Shown piece after piece: positions 1 through 7,941 of a stretch of 25,927 nt of DNA. Under the pieces are notes generated by a model. The model made no database searches. It was not told where the DNA came from and worked only from the letters and a program-made list of their open reading frames with translations. Each line of letters begins with the position of its first letter. Within the stretch, counting starts at the first letter, position 1. Made by a program: the position numbers and the translations under genes. Source of the stretch: an uncultured Flavobacteriales bacterium (GTDB taxonomy: Bacteria; Bacteroidota; Bacteroidia; Flavobacteriales_D; Parvicellaceae); assembly GCA_964423275.1 (NCBI GenBank), contig CAYREL010000001.1:1-25927 (forward strand), written 5' to 3'.

Positions 1-88
1 CACTTGACCCCATTTTGGCAGCGCTAGCTGCAGCTTCGTTTCCTGCGTGTCCAGCTCCAACAACTATTATGTCATATTTTTTTAGCAT
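1..88 (-). CDS. mnmG: tRNA uridine-5-carboxymethylaminomethyl(34) synthesis enzyme MnmG (GidA), 5' fragment running off the window edge
   Basis: Not in the ORF track. The reverse complement from ATG at 88 reads MLKKYDIIVVGAGHAGNEAAASAAKMGSS, the MnmG N-terminal FAD-binding motif (GxGHAGxEAAxxxAxMG). It lies directly downstream of ybeY. Confidence 0.9.
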   Translation of the reverse strand, partial: MLKKYDIIVVGAGHAGNEAAASAAKMGSS

Positions 89-90
89 AT

Positions 91-106
91 TGTTTCACGT
101 GAAACA
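91..106. other. parS centromere-like site (ParB binding)
   Basis: Perfect 16-bp palindrome TGTTTCACGTGAAACA matching the established parS consensus (TGTTNCACGTGAAACA), in the ybeY-mnmG intergenic gap. Confidence 0.9.
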
Positions 107-109
107 GGC

Positions 110-538
110 CTAAATCATTGTTTTCCAGTTTATTAAGGATAAAAAACCATTTTCTTTAGACCTAATTAAGATTTTTTCCTCTTCAGTTTTATCATTATAT
201 CCACACAAATGTAAAACACCATGGATTATAACCCTAAATAATTCTTCATTAAAAGAGGAACTATATGTTTTTGCATTCTCTTTTACCCTATCAGTCGATA
301 TATATATGTCGCCAAACAACAGCTTTTCTTCGGAGTAGTCAAAAGTAATTACATCAGTAAAAAAATCGTGATTTAGATATTTAATGTTTATTTTTTTAAG
401 ATACTCGTCTGAGCAAAAAACAAAGGATAACTCACCCAAGGAAAACCCAAGAGAGTTAACACTTTCTTTAACCCACTTTACAGCAAACTCTTCATCTGTA
501 GAAAATGAAACATTTTCTTTGTGAAAAAAAATGCTCAA
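110..538 (-). CDS. ybeY: rRNA maturation endoribonuclease YbeY
   Basis: 142 aa, TTG start. Contains TDVITF, GDIYIS and the metal-binding HGVLHLCGYND (HxxxHxxGxDH-like) motif. Confidence 0.95.
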   Translation of the reverse strand: MSIFFHKENVSFSTDEEFAVKWVKESVNSLGFSLGELSFVFCSDEYLKKINIKYLNHDFFTDVITFDYSEEKLLFGDIYISTDRVKENAKTYSSSFNEELFRVIIHGVLHLCGYNDKTEEEKILIRSKENGFLSLINWKTMI

Positions 539-541
539 ATG

Positions 542-958
542 TTAAATTTTAAACGAAATCTCCACAGCATTTCCAGGCTCCTCATAAACAACACCATCGG
601 AAAGGTGGTTCATTAAAAAGATGCCCCTGCCTTGCGGCTTCTCTATGTTCTCTGGAAGCGTAGGGTCTGGAAGGTCTAGGAAGTTAAACCCGTCCCCTTG
701 ATCAGTAACAGTAAAAGTTAATAAACCATCTGTAAAAGAAGCAACAACTAAAGCGTCTTTATCAACAACATTTTTGTTTCCATGAATAATAGCGTTGTTT
801 ACAGCTTCTGAAAGTGCAATTAATATATTTCCGTAAATTTCTACACTTATAGGGTAGGTTTCGCACAAGGCATTGACCCAGCTTTCAAGGGAAAGCAAGC
901 TCTTGGGTTCAGATTGCAAGCATAATTTGTTTTCTACAGGATTTAAAGCACTAATCAT
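542..958 (-). CDS. RsbW-like anti-sigma factor / Ser-Thr kinase (GHKL, HATPase_c_2 family)
   Basis: N-box EAVNNAIIHGN, G1-box DQGDGF, G2-box GRGIFLM. The ORF track starts at 988, but ATG at 958 overlaps the upstream stop (ATGATTAG) and is the more likely start. Confidence 0.85.
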   Translation of the reverse strand: MISALNPVENKLCLQSEPKSLLSLESWVNALCETYPISVEIYGNILIALSEAVNNAIIHGNKNVVDKDALVVASFTDGLLTFTVTDQGDGFNFLDLPDPTLPENIEKPQGRGIFLMNHLSDGVVYEEPGNAVEISFKI

Positions 959-3900
959 AATCTTTTTCAATAGATTTAAAGTACTCATTTACTTTATTTT
1001 TGTAATAAGGTTTCAAATTTGGTGGAATAGTTTTTAAAAGCTCTGTTTCTCCTTTTTTAATTTGTAAATAATCTTCAAACAAAATAGAATTATTTTTTTT
1101 GTAGTCTTCCAAAGATTCTTTTGATTCTCTTTTCTTTTCCTCTTCCTGTTCTTTTGTGGCCTTATCTAGCTCTAAGAGCTTCACTTTTATTTCTTCCTGC
1201 CTCTCAATCGTGGATAAGGAAATATCGTTATTGATGATTTCATCCTCCGTTTCTTCAATTTTTTTAATCAAATCTTTAAGACCGTTTCCTTTTCCTGAAC
1301 CATCTTTATTTAACTCTTGAGCCATTTCTTGAAGTTGTTTTTTAATTGCAGCTTGCTGGGCGGCCATTCTTCCTAGTTGTTCAAATGAAGAGCCGCTTTC
1401 ACCAGGTTTTTTTCCATCTTTTTTACCGTTCATGAATTTTTTCATTGCTTCAATTTGTTGTTTAAGTTGTTCTGCATTTTTAGGGAGACCCTTTCCTGGT
1501 TTTTTATTTTTACCTCCCGGCTTGTTACACTGCCCGGAACCAGGCATGTTTTGTTGCATTTGATTTATTATTTCGCTTAACAAAAGACCAAGCTCGTTGG
1601 TATGCATCATTACTGTTTGCTGTTCAATTTGTGCGTTTTTTGTCTTTCGTTCAGTAAGGTTTTTTATGCTCTTTTTTAAAGAACGTTTTATGCTTTGGAC
1701 CTCTTTGTTTATTTTTCCACTTAACATAATTTGCCTTAACGCTAAAGCGGTTAAAGAGTCGTCAATTATTTGGATTTTATCACTGAGTTTTCTTTGCTGT
1801 TGGCCTATGTTTATATACTTAGGGTCTTGTGTTTTTGTAGATTTTAAATCAGCCAGCACCTCTTCTTGGTCTAAAGAAAAAGTTATTAATTGCTCTAATA
1901 AAACTCTTAAAGACTCCATGTCTTCTTCAGGCTTATCTCCACTTCCTTTACTTAGTTTTTCCATAGAGTCTGCTAATTCACTAAGGCTTTTGCTGGTTTC
2001 CCCTTGTTTTTCACTAGCTTTTTTCATTTTGTTTTCACCCAGTTTTTCAAGAGACTCTTCTAAAGACTGGCTTATTTTTTCTTCTTTTTCTTCTGTTTCA
2101 ATTTTTAAAGGCTTAGAAAGCTCTTTATTCTTGTTTTTTAAATCGGAGAGCTCGCTTTGTATTTCATTAAATTCCTCTTTTATTTGTTCTTGTAGTTTGT
2201 TTTTTTCAAATCCCGATACGTCTTTGTCGACGGTTTTATCTTTTAATAGGCTTTGTTTATTAGAAAGATCCTTAAGCTGTTCTGAAAGTTCTTTTGCTTT
2301 TTGTTCAATCTCCATTTTCTTAAAATGCTCAATAGTTCGGTCCAGCTCCTTAAGCATGTCCTCTTGGGCAAAATCAATATCTTCTAGTTTTTTTAGGACC
2401 TTATCTTTATTCATTTCTTCAGATAATTTGCTTAGCTCATCGTAGAGCTTTTTCATTTCATCCGACATAAGCTCCTCTACCATTTTATTGATTTGCTCTT
2501 GTTTTTTTAGAATCTCCTCATTTTTTTCTTTTTGATTTTCTGAAAGTTCATTTTTAAGTTGTTTTTTTAGTTTTTCTAATTCGTTTTGAATTTCCTTCTG
2601 TTTTTTTAGAAAACTTTCCAAGGAACTTTTGTCTTCCCAGCTTAAAGACTTTTTGTTAAGCATTGAAGTTTTCATGACTTCAAGGTCAGAACTAAAGCTT
2701 TGCAGTTTTTTTTGTAAAGAACTAAAGGACTGGTTGTTTGCTAGGCTTTTGATTTTTCTGATCTCTTTCAGCCTTTCTTTGGTTGGCACCTTTAAAAACA
2801 TAGACTTAGACAAAATCTCTTTTGGGCCATTAATTCCATCGTTGTCCTTTACAGCGAAAAAATAACGAACTAAATCCCCGCTTTGTAGTGACAAACCTTC
2901 AAAATCATATTCAAAATTAAAAACAGCCCTGTTGGTGCCGCTGTAATCTAAAAGCTCACTGTAAATAACGCTGTCGTTTCTAAAGCAGAAGAATTTTAAG
3001 GAATGGAACCCATAGTCATCATAAATATTTCCCACAAACAGTCTATTATTAAACTTGTTGCTATCAAAAACCTCACTTACTTCAATAGTTGGAAATCCAT
3101 CTTTGATCAATTCAATAAAGTAGCTTGTAGAATCTGTAAAATCAGAAAAGTTATTCTCGACAAAAATTTTGTAATCTTGAGATTTTTTTGGTGAATAAGA
3201 AAAATCAAAAACCTCATTTTTTGATCTTATAACAGAGTCCTCAAAGACAGCAGAACAAAAAGAAATACTTTTGCAATTTATTTCCCAGTCTATTGCCGAG
3301 CCCTCAGGGACAATTATTCTATTTAGGTCATAAAAAGTATCGTTTGCTATTTGAGTATAACCGGGGTACCGGACAATTTTTTTCTCTCTTAGCATTCTAG
3401 GCCTAGGCAGCACTTTAACATTGTAATTTACAGTATCTCTGTTGCCGTCTAAAAGGCTAAATATAAAAGATTTATTAACGGAATTAAAAACATATCTAAA
3501 GGATTTAGAGTCTTTTTTCTCAGGAAAAAACCGCTTTTTTTTAGAATATAAAAAGACTTGCTCAGGATCGGTTTTTCCTGTTGTTTTAATGTTTATTTCC
3601 AAAGGTTCGTTTTCCAAAACCAGCAATGGAACACCATTGTTAATCTCAAATTCAAAAGGATTAGGCTTTTCAAAGCTTTTCTGAAAAAATACCACTCTTC
3701 TAAGTGGAGGAATAACCGAATCAGGATAAAGAAATGAACTAGCCCCAGAAACCAAAAAAAGTAATAAAAAACCATAGAGCATTTTTTTTTGATCAGTTAT
3801 TGAAATAGAGCTTCTAAAATCAAACCTTAAAGAGTTTAAGGCCTTTCGCTCTATAGAGGCTTTTAAAAGATCCGTTTCCGATTTTTCTAATTGTTTTTCT

Positions 3901-4253
3901 AGCCCAATTGCATTGACCAGTTGGTCTCCAATTTCTGGTATTTTTTCAGAAAGCAAAACAGAAGCTTCCTCTTGAGACATTCTTCCGTGTAGGCCAAAAA
4001 GCTTGATTAAAGGAGATAGTGCAAGCTTTGAAATAAAAAGTAATGAAAATAATACCCCCCCAAAAAGCAAGACACCACGGCCAAAGGAGGAAAACCTAAA
4101 TAAAAATTCTAAAAACCAAGCACCCGCCAAAATAAAAATCAAAAAAACAGAAGAAAGCAAAACGCCCCTTACTAGTGCGTGCTTATAATACTTATTTATA
4201 AACAAGTCTAGCTCAGATGAGAGGGTTAAAAAGCTATCTTTTTTTGAATACAT
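951..4253 (-). CDS. DUF4175-family large membrane-anchored coiled-coil protein
   Basis: About 1100 aa: N-terminal hydrophobic helices, a beta-rich middle containing AVKDNDGINGPK, and a long E/K/Q-rich coiled coil ending in IPPNLKPYYKNKVNEYF. It sits upstream of ybeY, as I recall for Bacteroidota. The ORF-track TTG start is at 4286; ATG at 4253 is preferred. Confidence 0.75.
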   Translation of the reverse strand: MYSKKDSFLTLSSELDLFINKYYKHALVRGVLLSSVFLIFILAGAWFLEFLFRFSSFGRGVLLFGGVLFSLLFISKLALSPLIKLFGLHGRMSQEEASVLLSEKIPEIGDQLVNAIGLEKQLEKSETDLLKASIERKALNSLRFDFRSSISITDQKKMLYGFLLLFLVSGASSFLYPDSVIPPLRRVVFFQKSFEKPNPFEFEINNGVPLLVLENEPLEINIKTTGKTDPEQVFLYSKKKRFFPEKKDSKSFRYVFNSVNKSFIFSLLDGNRDTVNYNVKVLPRPRMLREKKIVRYPGYTQIANDTFYDLNRIIVPEGSAIDWEINCKSISFCSAVFEDSVIRSKNEVFDFSYSPKKSQDYKIFVENNFSDFTDSTSYFIELIKDGFPTIEVSEVFDSNKFNNRLFVGNIYDDYGFHSLKFFCFRNDSVIYSELLDYSGTNRAVFNFEYDFEGLSLQSGDLVRYFFAVKDNDGINGPKEILSKSMFLKVPTKERLKEIRKIKSLANNQSFSSLQKKLQSFSSDLEVMKTSMLNKKSLSWEDKSSLESFLKKQKEIQNELEKLKKQLKNELSENQKEKNEEILKKQEQINKMVEELMSDEMKKLYDELSKLSEEMNKDKVLKKLEDIDFAQEDMLKELDRTIEHFKKMEIEQKAKELSEQLKDLSNKQSLLKDKTVDKDVSGFEKNKLQEQIKEEFNEIQSELSDLKNKNKELSKPLKIETEEKEEKISQSLEESLEKLGENKMKKASEKQGETSKSLSELADSMEKLSKGSGDKPEEDMESLRVLLEQLITFSLDQEEVLADLKSTKTQDPKYINIGQQQRKLSDKIQIIDDSLTALALRQIMLSGKINKEVQSIKRSLKKSIKNLTERKTKNAQIEQQTVMMHTNELGLLLSEIINQMQQNMPGSGQCNKPGGKNKKPGKGLPKNAEQLKQQIEAMKKFMNGKKDGKKPGESGSSFEQLGRMAAQQAAIKKQLQEMAQELNKDGSGKGNGLKDLIKKIEETEDEIINNDISLSTIERQEEIKVKLLELDKATKEQEEEKKRESKESLEDYKKNNSILFEDYLQIKKGETELLKTIPPNLKPYYKNKVNEYFKSIEKDYD

Positions 4254-4344
4254 TTTTCTAATGTAATTTAAAAAAAAACAATCCAAAAATTAAGTAGGCA
4301 AATATTAATAGTGTTGAATTAAAAAATTGTTTCTCTTTTAATCG

Positions 4345-4352
4345 TAATTTTG
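4345..4352 (+). promoter_or_regulatory. Putative Bacteroidota sigma-70 -7 element for queD-hemF-paaD
   Basis: TAATTTTG matches TAnnTTTG, 17 nt upstream of the queD GTG. The motif is short in an AT-rich background. Confidence 0.5.
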
Positions 4353-4369
4353 TTAGATATTACAATAAA

Positions 4370-4807
4370 GTGAAGATTAGAATAACAAAAGAATTTGACT
4401 TTGAGGCAGCTCACGCATTGGACGGCTACAGAGGAAAGTGCAAGGATATTCACGGTCATAGTTACCATCTAGAAATGACTTTTATAGGGACACCAAAAAG
4501 CGAAGTAGAGCTTTCAGATTGTGGAATGGTGGTTGATTTTGGAGAAATTAAAAAAATAGTTAAAAGACAAATATTGCCACTTTTTGACCACCGGTTAATT
4601 TTAAGAAAAGACACTAGGTTTAAAGAAATTGAATCAATTAACGAAAGAATTAGGCTAGTTGACTACCAGCCAACATGCGAAAATATGCTTATTGAAATCG
4701 TGGAAATACTAAAAAGAAACGAACCCAAAGGCGCAAAGCTGGTTAAGGGCTTTTTGCGGGAGACAGCCAATAGTTTCGCAGAATGGCGCCAAGAAGACAA
4801 TCCTTAA
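4370..4807 (+). CDS. queD: 6-carboxy-5,6,7,8-tetrahydropterin synthase (QueD / PTPS family)
   Basis: FEAAH, CKDIHGHSY (CxxxHGH), VDFGEIK, FDH and PTCEN motifs. GTG start. Confidence 0.92.
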   Translation: MKIRITKEFDFEAAHALDGYRGKCKDIHGHSYHLEMTFIGTPKSEVELSDCGMVVDFGEIKKIVKRQILPLFDHRLILRKDTRFKEIESINERIRLVDYQPTCENMLIEIVEILKRNEPKGAKLVKGFLRETANSFAEWRQEDNP

Positions 4808-4824
4808 GGATATTTCGAGTTAGA

Positions 4825-5640
4825 ATGGAAAACAATGAATTAAAAAAACAAAGCGCTCAAGCTTGGTTTAGTAACCTAAGAGACCAGTTCTGCGCTGCTT
4901 TCAAAGAAATAGATACTGGCTCTTTTGAAAGAAAAAAATGGAAGCACAAAGGGTCTGGAGGAGGAGAGATAAGCATTATGAAGGGTAATGTTTTTGAAAA
5001 AGTAGGCGTTAACATATCTACAGTGTCTGGAGAGTTTTCCAAAGAATATAGAGACAAAATCAAAGGGACTCAAGAATCGCCAAAGTACTGGGCCTCAGGG
5101 ATAAGTCTTGTTGCACATATGGAGTCTCCAAAAGTTCCGGCGTTTCACTTTAACACCAGGTTTTTAGTTACTGGACAGTCTTGGTTTGGCGGTGGAGCAG
5201 ACATGACCCCCACTTTCATTAACAAAAACGACTCAAGTTTTTTTCACTCTAAAATGAAACAAGCATGTGAAAAACACAACCCAACATATTACCCTAAATT
5301 TAAAAAGAATTGCGACGAATATTTTTATTTACCTCACAGGGAAGAACCAAGGGGAGAAGGAGGAATATTTTTTGATCATCTAAATTCAGGAGATTGGGAA
5401 AAAGACTTTTCCCTTGTTAAGGAAGTGGGGAAACACACACTAGAAGCTATTACTGAAATCGTAAAAAAACACAAAGACCAAACATGGTCTGATGAAGAAA
5501 AAGAACAACAGCTTATAAAAAGAGGAAGGTATGTAGAGTTTAACTTAATATGGGACAGAGGAACCCTGTTTGGCTTAAAAACTGGAGGTTCTACAGAAGC
5601 AATATTAATGTCAATGCCCCCAACAGCAAAGTGGATATAG
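4825..5640 (+). CDS. hemF: Oxygen-dependent coproporphyrinogen III oxidase
   Basis: FEKVGVNIS, WFGGGADMTP, CDEYFYLPHREEPRGEGGIFFD, RGRYVEFNL and RGTLFGL motifs. The ORF-track start at 4783 overlaps queD, so ATG at 4825 is preferred. Confidence 0.96.
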   Translation: MENNELKKQSAQAWFSNLRDQFCAAFKEIDTGSFERKKWKHKGSGGGEISIMKGNVFEKVGVNISTVSGEFSKEYRDKIKGTQESPKYWASGISLVAHMESPKVPAFHFNTRFLVTGQSWFGGGADMTPTFINKNDSSFFHSKMKQACEKHNPTYYPKFKKNCDEYFYLPHREEPRGEGGIFFDHLNSGDWEKDFSLVKEVGKHTLEAITEIVKKHKDQTWSDEEKEQQLIKRGRYVEFNLIWDRGTLFGLKTGGSTEAILMSMPPTAKWI

Positions 5641-5643
5641 AAC

Positions 5644-6129
5644 ATGGCAAGTCTTGAAGACATAAAAAAAGTAATTTCGGATATACCAGACCCTGAAATA
5701 CCTGTTATCAGCATAAAAGAACTAGGAGTTCTTAGAAATATTTTTTTTCAAGAAGACAGTCTTAAAGTAGTAATAACCCCAACTTATTCAGGCTGTCCGG
5801 CAATGGACCGTTTTCAGAAAGACATCATCGAAAAGCTAGAGCTGTTAAAAGTAAAAAGCTATGAAATTAAAATGCAGTTTGACCCCCCATGGACAACCGA
5901 CTGGATAACAGAAGAAGCTAAGGAAAAACTAAGAGATTATGGAATAGCCCCTCCAGCACACAAAACAAAAGACAAAAACATTCTTCTGGGAAATAAACAA
6001 AGAATAGAATGTCCAAGATGCAAAACCAAAGAAACAGAACTTGTAAGCCAGTTTGGCTCTACAGCATGCAAAGCGATGTACAGATGTACATCTTGCTTAG
6101 AGCCATTTGAATACTTTAAATGCTTATAA
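5644..6129 (+). CDS. paaD: Phenylacetyl-CoA epoxidase subunit PaaD (also annotated PaaJ; FeS-assembly-like domain plus Zn ribbon)
   Basis: IPDPEIPVISI, ITPTYSGCPAM, PPWTTDW, CPRC...FGSTACKAMYRCxxCLEPFEYFKC. Confidence 0.93.
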   Translation: MASLEDIKKVISDIPDPEIPVISIKELGVLRNIFFQEDSLKVVITPTYSGCPAMDRFQKDIIEKLELLKVKSYEIKMQFDPPWTTDWITEEAKEKLRDYGIAPPAHKTKDKNILLGNKQRIECPRCKTKETELVSQFGSTACKAMYRCTSCLEPFEYFKCL

Positions 6130-6139
6130 TTCGCTGCTT

Positions 6140-7399
6140 CTAACCCAACACAATATTCTTTTTTGTAGCTTCTATAACCCCCATTGCTGCTTTCTCCCCA
6201 GCAAGAATAGCAGCATTTAACGACCCGTTAAGCAGCACATCTCCAGCTAGGAAAATACCGTCTTTAAGTTTGGTTTCAGAAGGAGAAATATCATATTTTA
6301 AGTTGTTTAGTTTAGGCAATGCCTTGGGAATATTATACAACTTTAAAAAATTAACACCTTCAATTTTACATTCTTCTTGTAGTTCCTTTTTCACCCTTTC
6401 AATTAATTCTTTTTCTGGTAAGCCGTGGTCTTTAACAACGGTAACTGAAATTAGTTCGTCTTTCCCTCTTTTACTTGTGGGTATAGATGTGGGGTAAAAG
6501 ATATTGTTAATTAAACACTCTTGGCTGGAAACCAAACCTATAAAAGCCTTTTCATAAACACGCTTAGAACAAGTGAAGTATAGGTTTTGACAAGATTTCC
6601 AATCCACCTTTTGACCTTTTAAACCTACAACCAAGTTAGTTGGCTCAGTGGCAATAATGGTATAATTGGTTTTAATTTTTTTACCGTCAGACATCGTGAT
6701 TTCCATGCCTTTAACATTAGAAGCAAAAGAGTTGTGATGAATCTCCGTCTTTTGAAGCTTGTCTTTTAAGTGTATTGAAATATCTTCTATTCCACCTTTT
6801 GGCATTAGAGCCAACCCTTCGCCAAACATTTTAAAAACAAATTCAAACATTCTACTAGAGGTGTAAAGTTCGTCTTCAAGGAAGATGCCGCTAAAAAAAG
6901 GTCTGAAAAAGTTTTTAATTATATTTTTTGAAAAACCGTTGGCAGTTAAATATTCTTTTGTGGTAATTTCTCTATCTTCAAATATCTTATCAACGGTTTT
7001 TTTCTGAAGATGAAAATTTAGTTTTGCTATTTTAAGTTTATCACCTAGAGTGCCTAACGGTGAGAATAATGTGGGTATAAATAAAGACACGTCCCTTAAG
7101 GGGTCTCCAAAAAAATACTGCTTTCCACCAACAAACACACAAGAACCAGCCTTTAGCTTTTGAAGATTTAGACTTTTATAATCTAAATACTTTTTAGCTG
7201 CGCTATAGCTGGACAACAACACTTGAAAGCCGCGGTCTAACTGAAATCCGTTGACAGTATCTGTCTTTAGTCGCCCACCAACACGATCATTAGCATCTAT
7301 GATTACAGGACTTAACCCATGGTTCTCCAAAACCTGAGCAGCAATAAGCCCACTAACCCCACCACCAATAATGTGCACTTTAATTGAATTTCTTTTCAT
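6140..7399 (-). CDS. FAD-dependent oxidoreductase (amine oxidase / protoporphyrinogen oxidase / phytoene desaturase superfamily)
   Basis: N-terminal GGGVSG dinucleotide fold, RVGGR, DRGFQVLL and C-terminal AGD...GSLNAAILAG. Substrate unknown. Confidence 0.85.
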   Translation of the reverse strand: MKRNSIKVHIIGGGVSGLIAAQVLENHGLSPVIIDANDRVGGRLKTDTVNGFQLDRGFQVLLSSYSAAKKYLDYKSLNLQKLKAGSCVFVGGKQYFFGDPLRDVSLFIPTLFSPLGTLGDKLKIAKLNFHLQKKTVDKIFEDREITTKEYLTANGFSKNIIKNFFRPFFSGIFLEDELYTSSRMFEFVFKMFGEGLALMPKGGIEDISIHLKDKLQKTEIHHNSFASNVKGMEITMSDGKKIKTNYTIIATEPTNLVVGLKGQKVDWKSCQNLYFTCSKRVYEKAFIGLVSSQECLINNIFYPTSIPTSKRGKDELISVTVVKDHGLPEKELIERVKKELQEECKIEGVNFLKLYNIPKALPKLNNLKYDISPSETKLKDGIFLAGDVLLNGSLNAAILAGEKAAMGVIEATKKNIVLG

Positions 7400-7427
7400 A
7401 ACGACGCCTCAGCCCAGATTAAAAACA

Positions 7428-7922
7428 CTACATAACTCCTGCCCCTGCATATTGTTGAATTAAACGAACCACAAACCCACAATAAATTATCAATTCATCG
7501 AAATATTTTTTATTAGAAAACTTAGGACTACTTTCAATTACAAAATCATTTGTTAATTTTTTCCAAGTGTTTAGAGGGTTTAAAACAATTACAATTTCTC
7601 CCTCTAGATTAGAGAATTCAAACTGCTGTTTCCAGAACCCCTTCTTCGTCATTTTAAATATTTGGGTAATCTCATTTTGGTCTATAAAAGTAATGGTAAT
7701 ATTATTTTTCCAGTCAACATCAATACTTCCTTTTTCAACTTCTTCTTTTAGAATAAGATATTTTGATCCCCAATAGTTTTGGGGTTCAATTTTTATATGC
7801 TTTTTGTTGTGTTTGGCAATAGCTTTTTTAGAAAACCATTTAGGGTGAACCAGCTCTAGAATTTTTTCCCCCTCTCTTTCGTATATAAAGTTGCCGCGAG
7901 AAGAGGTTGAAATAATCTTCAT
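7428..7922 (-). CDS. Hypothetical protein (possible tubby/LURP-one-like fold)
   Basis: 164-aa ORF filling the gap between co-directional genes (19 and 28 bp spacers). Beta-strand-like repeats containing Trp, and a C-terminal hydrophobic helix. Confidence 0.7.
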   Translation of the reverse strand: MKIISTSSRGNFIYEREGEKILELVHPKWFSKKAIAKHNKKHIKIEPQNYWGSKYLILKEEVEKGSIDVDWKNNITITFIDQNEITQIFKMTKKGFWKQQFEFSNLEGEIVIVLNPLNTWKKLTNDFVIESSPKFSNKKYFDELIIYCGFVVRLIQQYAGAGVM

Positions 7923-7941
7923 GATTCAATAGTTAGATAAT

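Noticed and set aside
38-43. MnmG motif reads GHAGNEAA rather than GHAGCEAA
   Set aside because: This position varies among MnmG proteins (E. coli has Thr), so it is not evidence of altered function.
195-206. DnaA-box-like ATATCCACA near parS
   Set aside because: A single mismatched copy inside ybeY. There is no box cluster or AT-rich unwinding element, so oriC cannot be called here.
1597-2445. 282-aa plus-strand ORF (also 2629-2865, 3003-3194, 3442-3684, 4003-4188)
   Set aside because: Antisense shadows of the DUF4175 gene. The Ser/Phe/Leu-rich composition is what the reverse complement of an E/K-rich coiled coil produces.
4857-5714. Short minus-strand ORFs over hemF/paaD
   Set aside because: Fully overlap well-supported genes and carry no motifs.
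7400-7427. GC-richer spacer with GAGG upstream of the FAD oxidoreductase start (Shine-Dalgarno-like, atypical for Bacteroidota)
   Set aside because: A 4-mer is expected by chance and gives no support for foreign origin alone.
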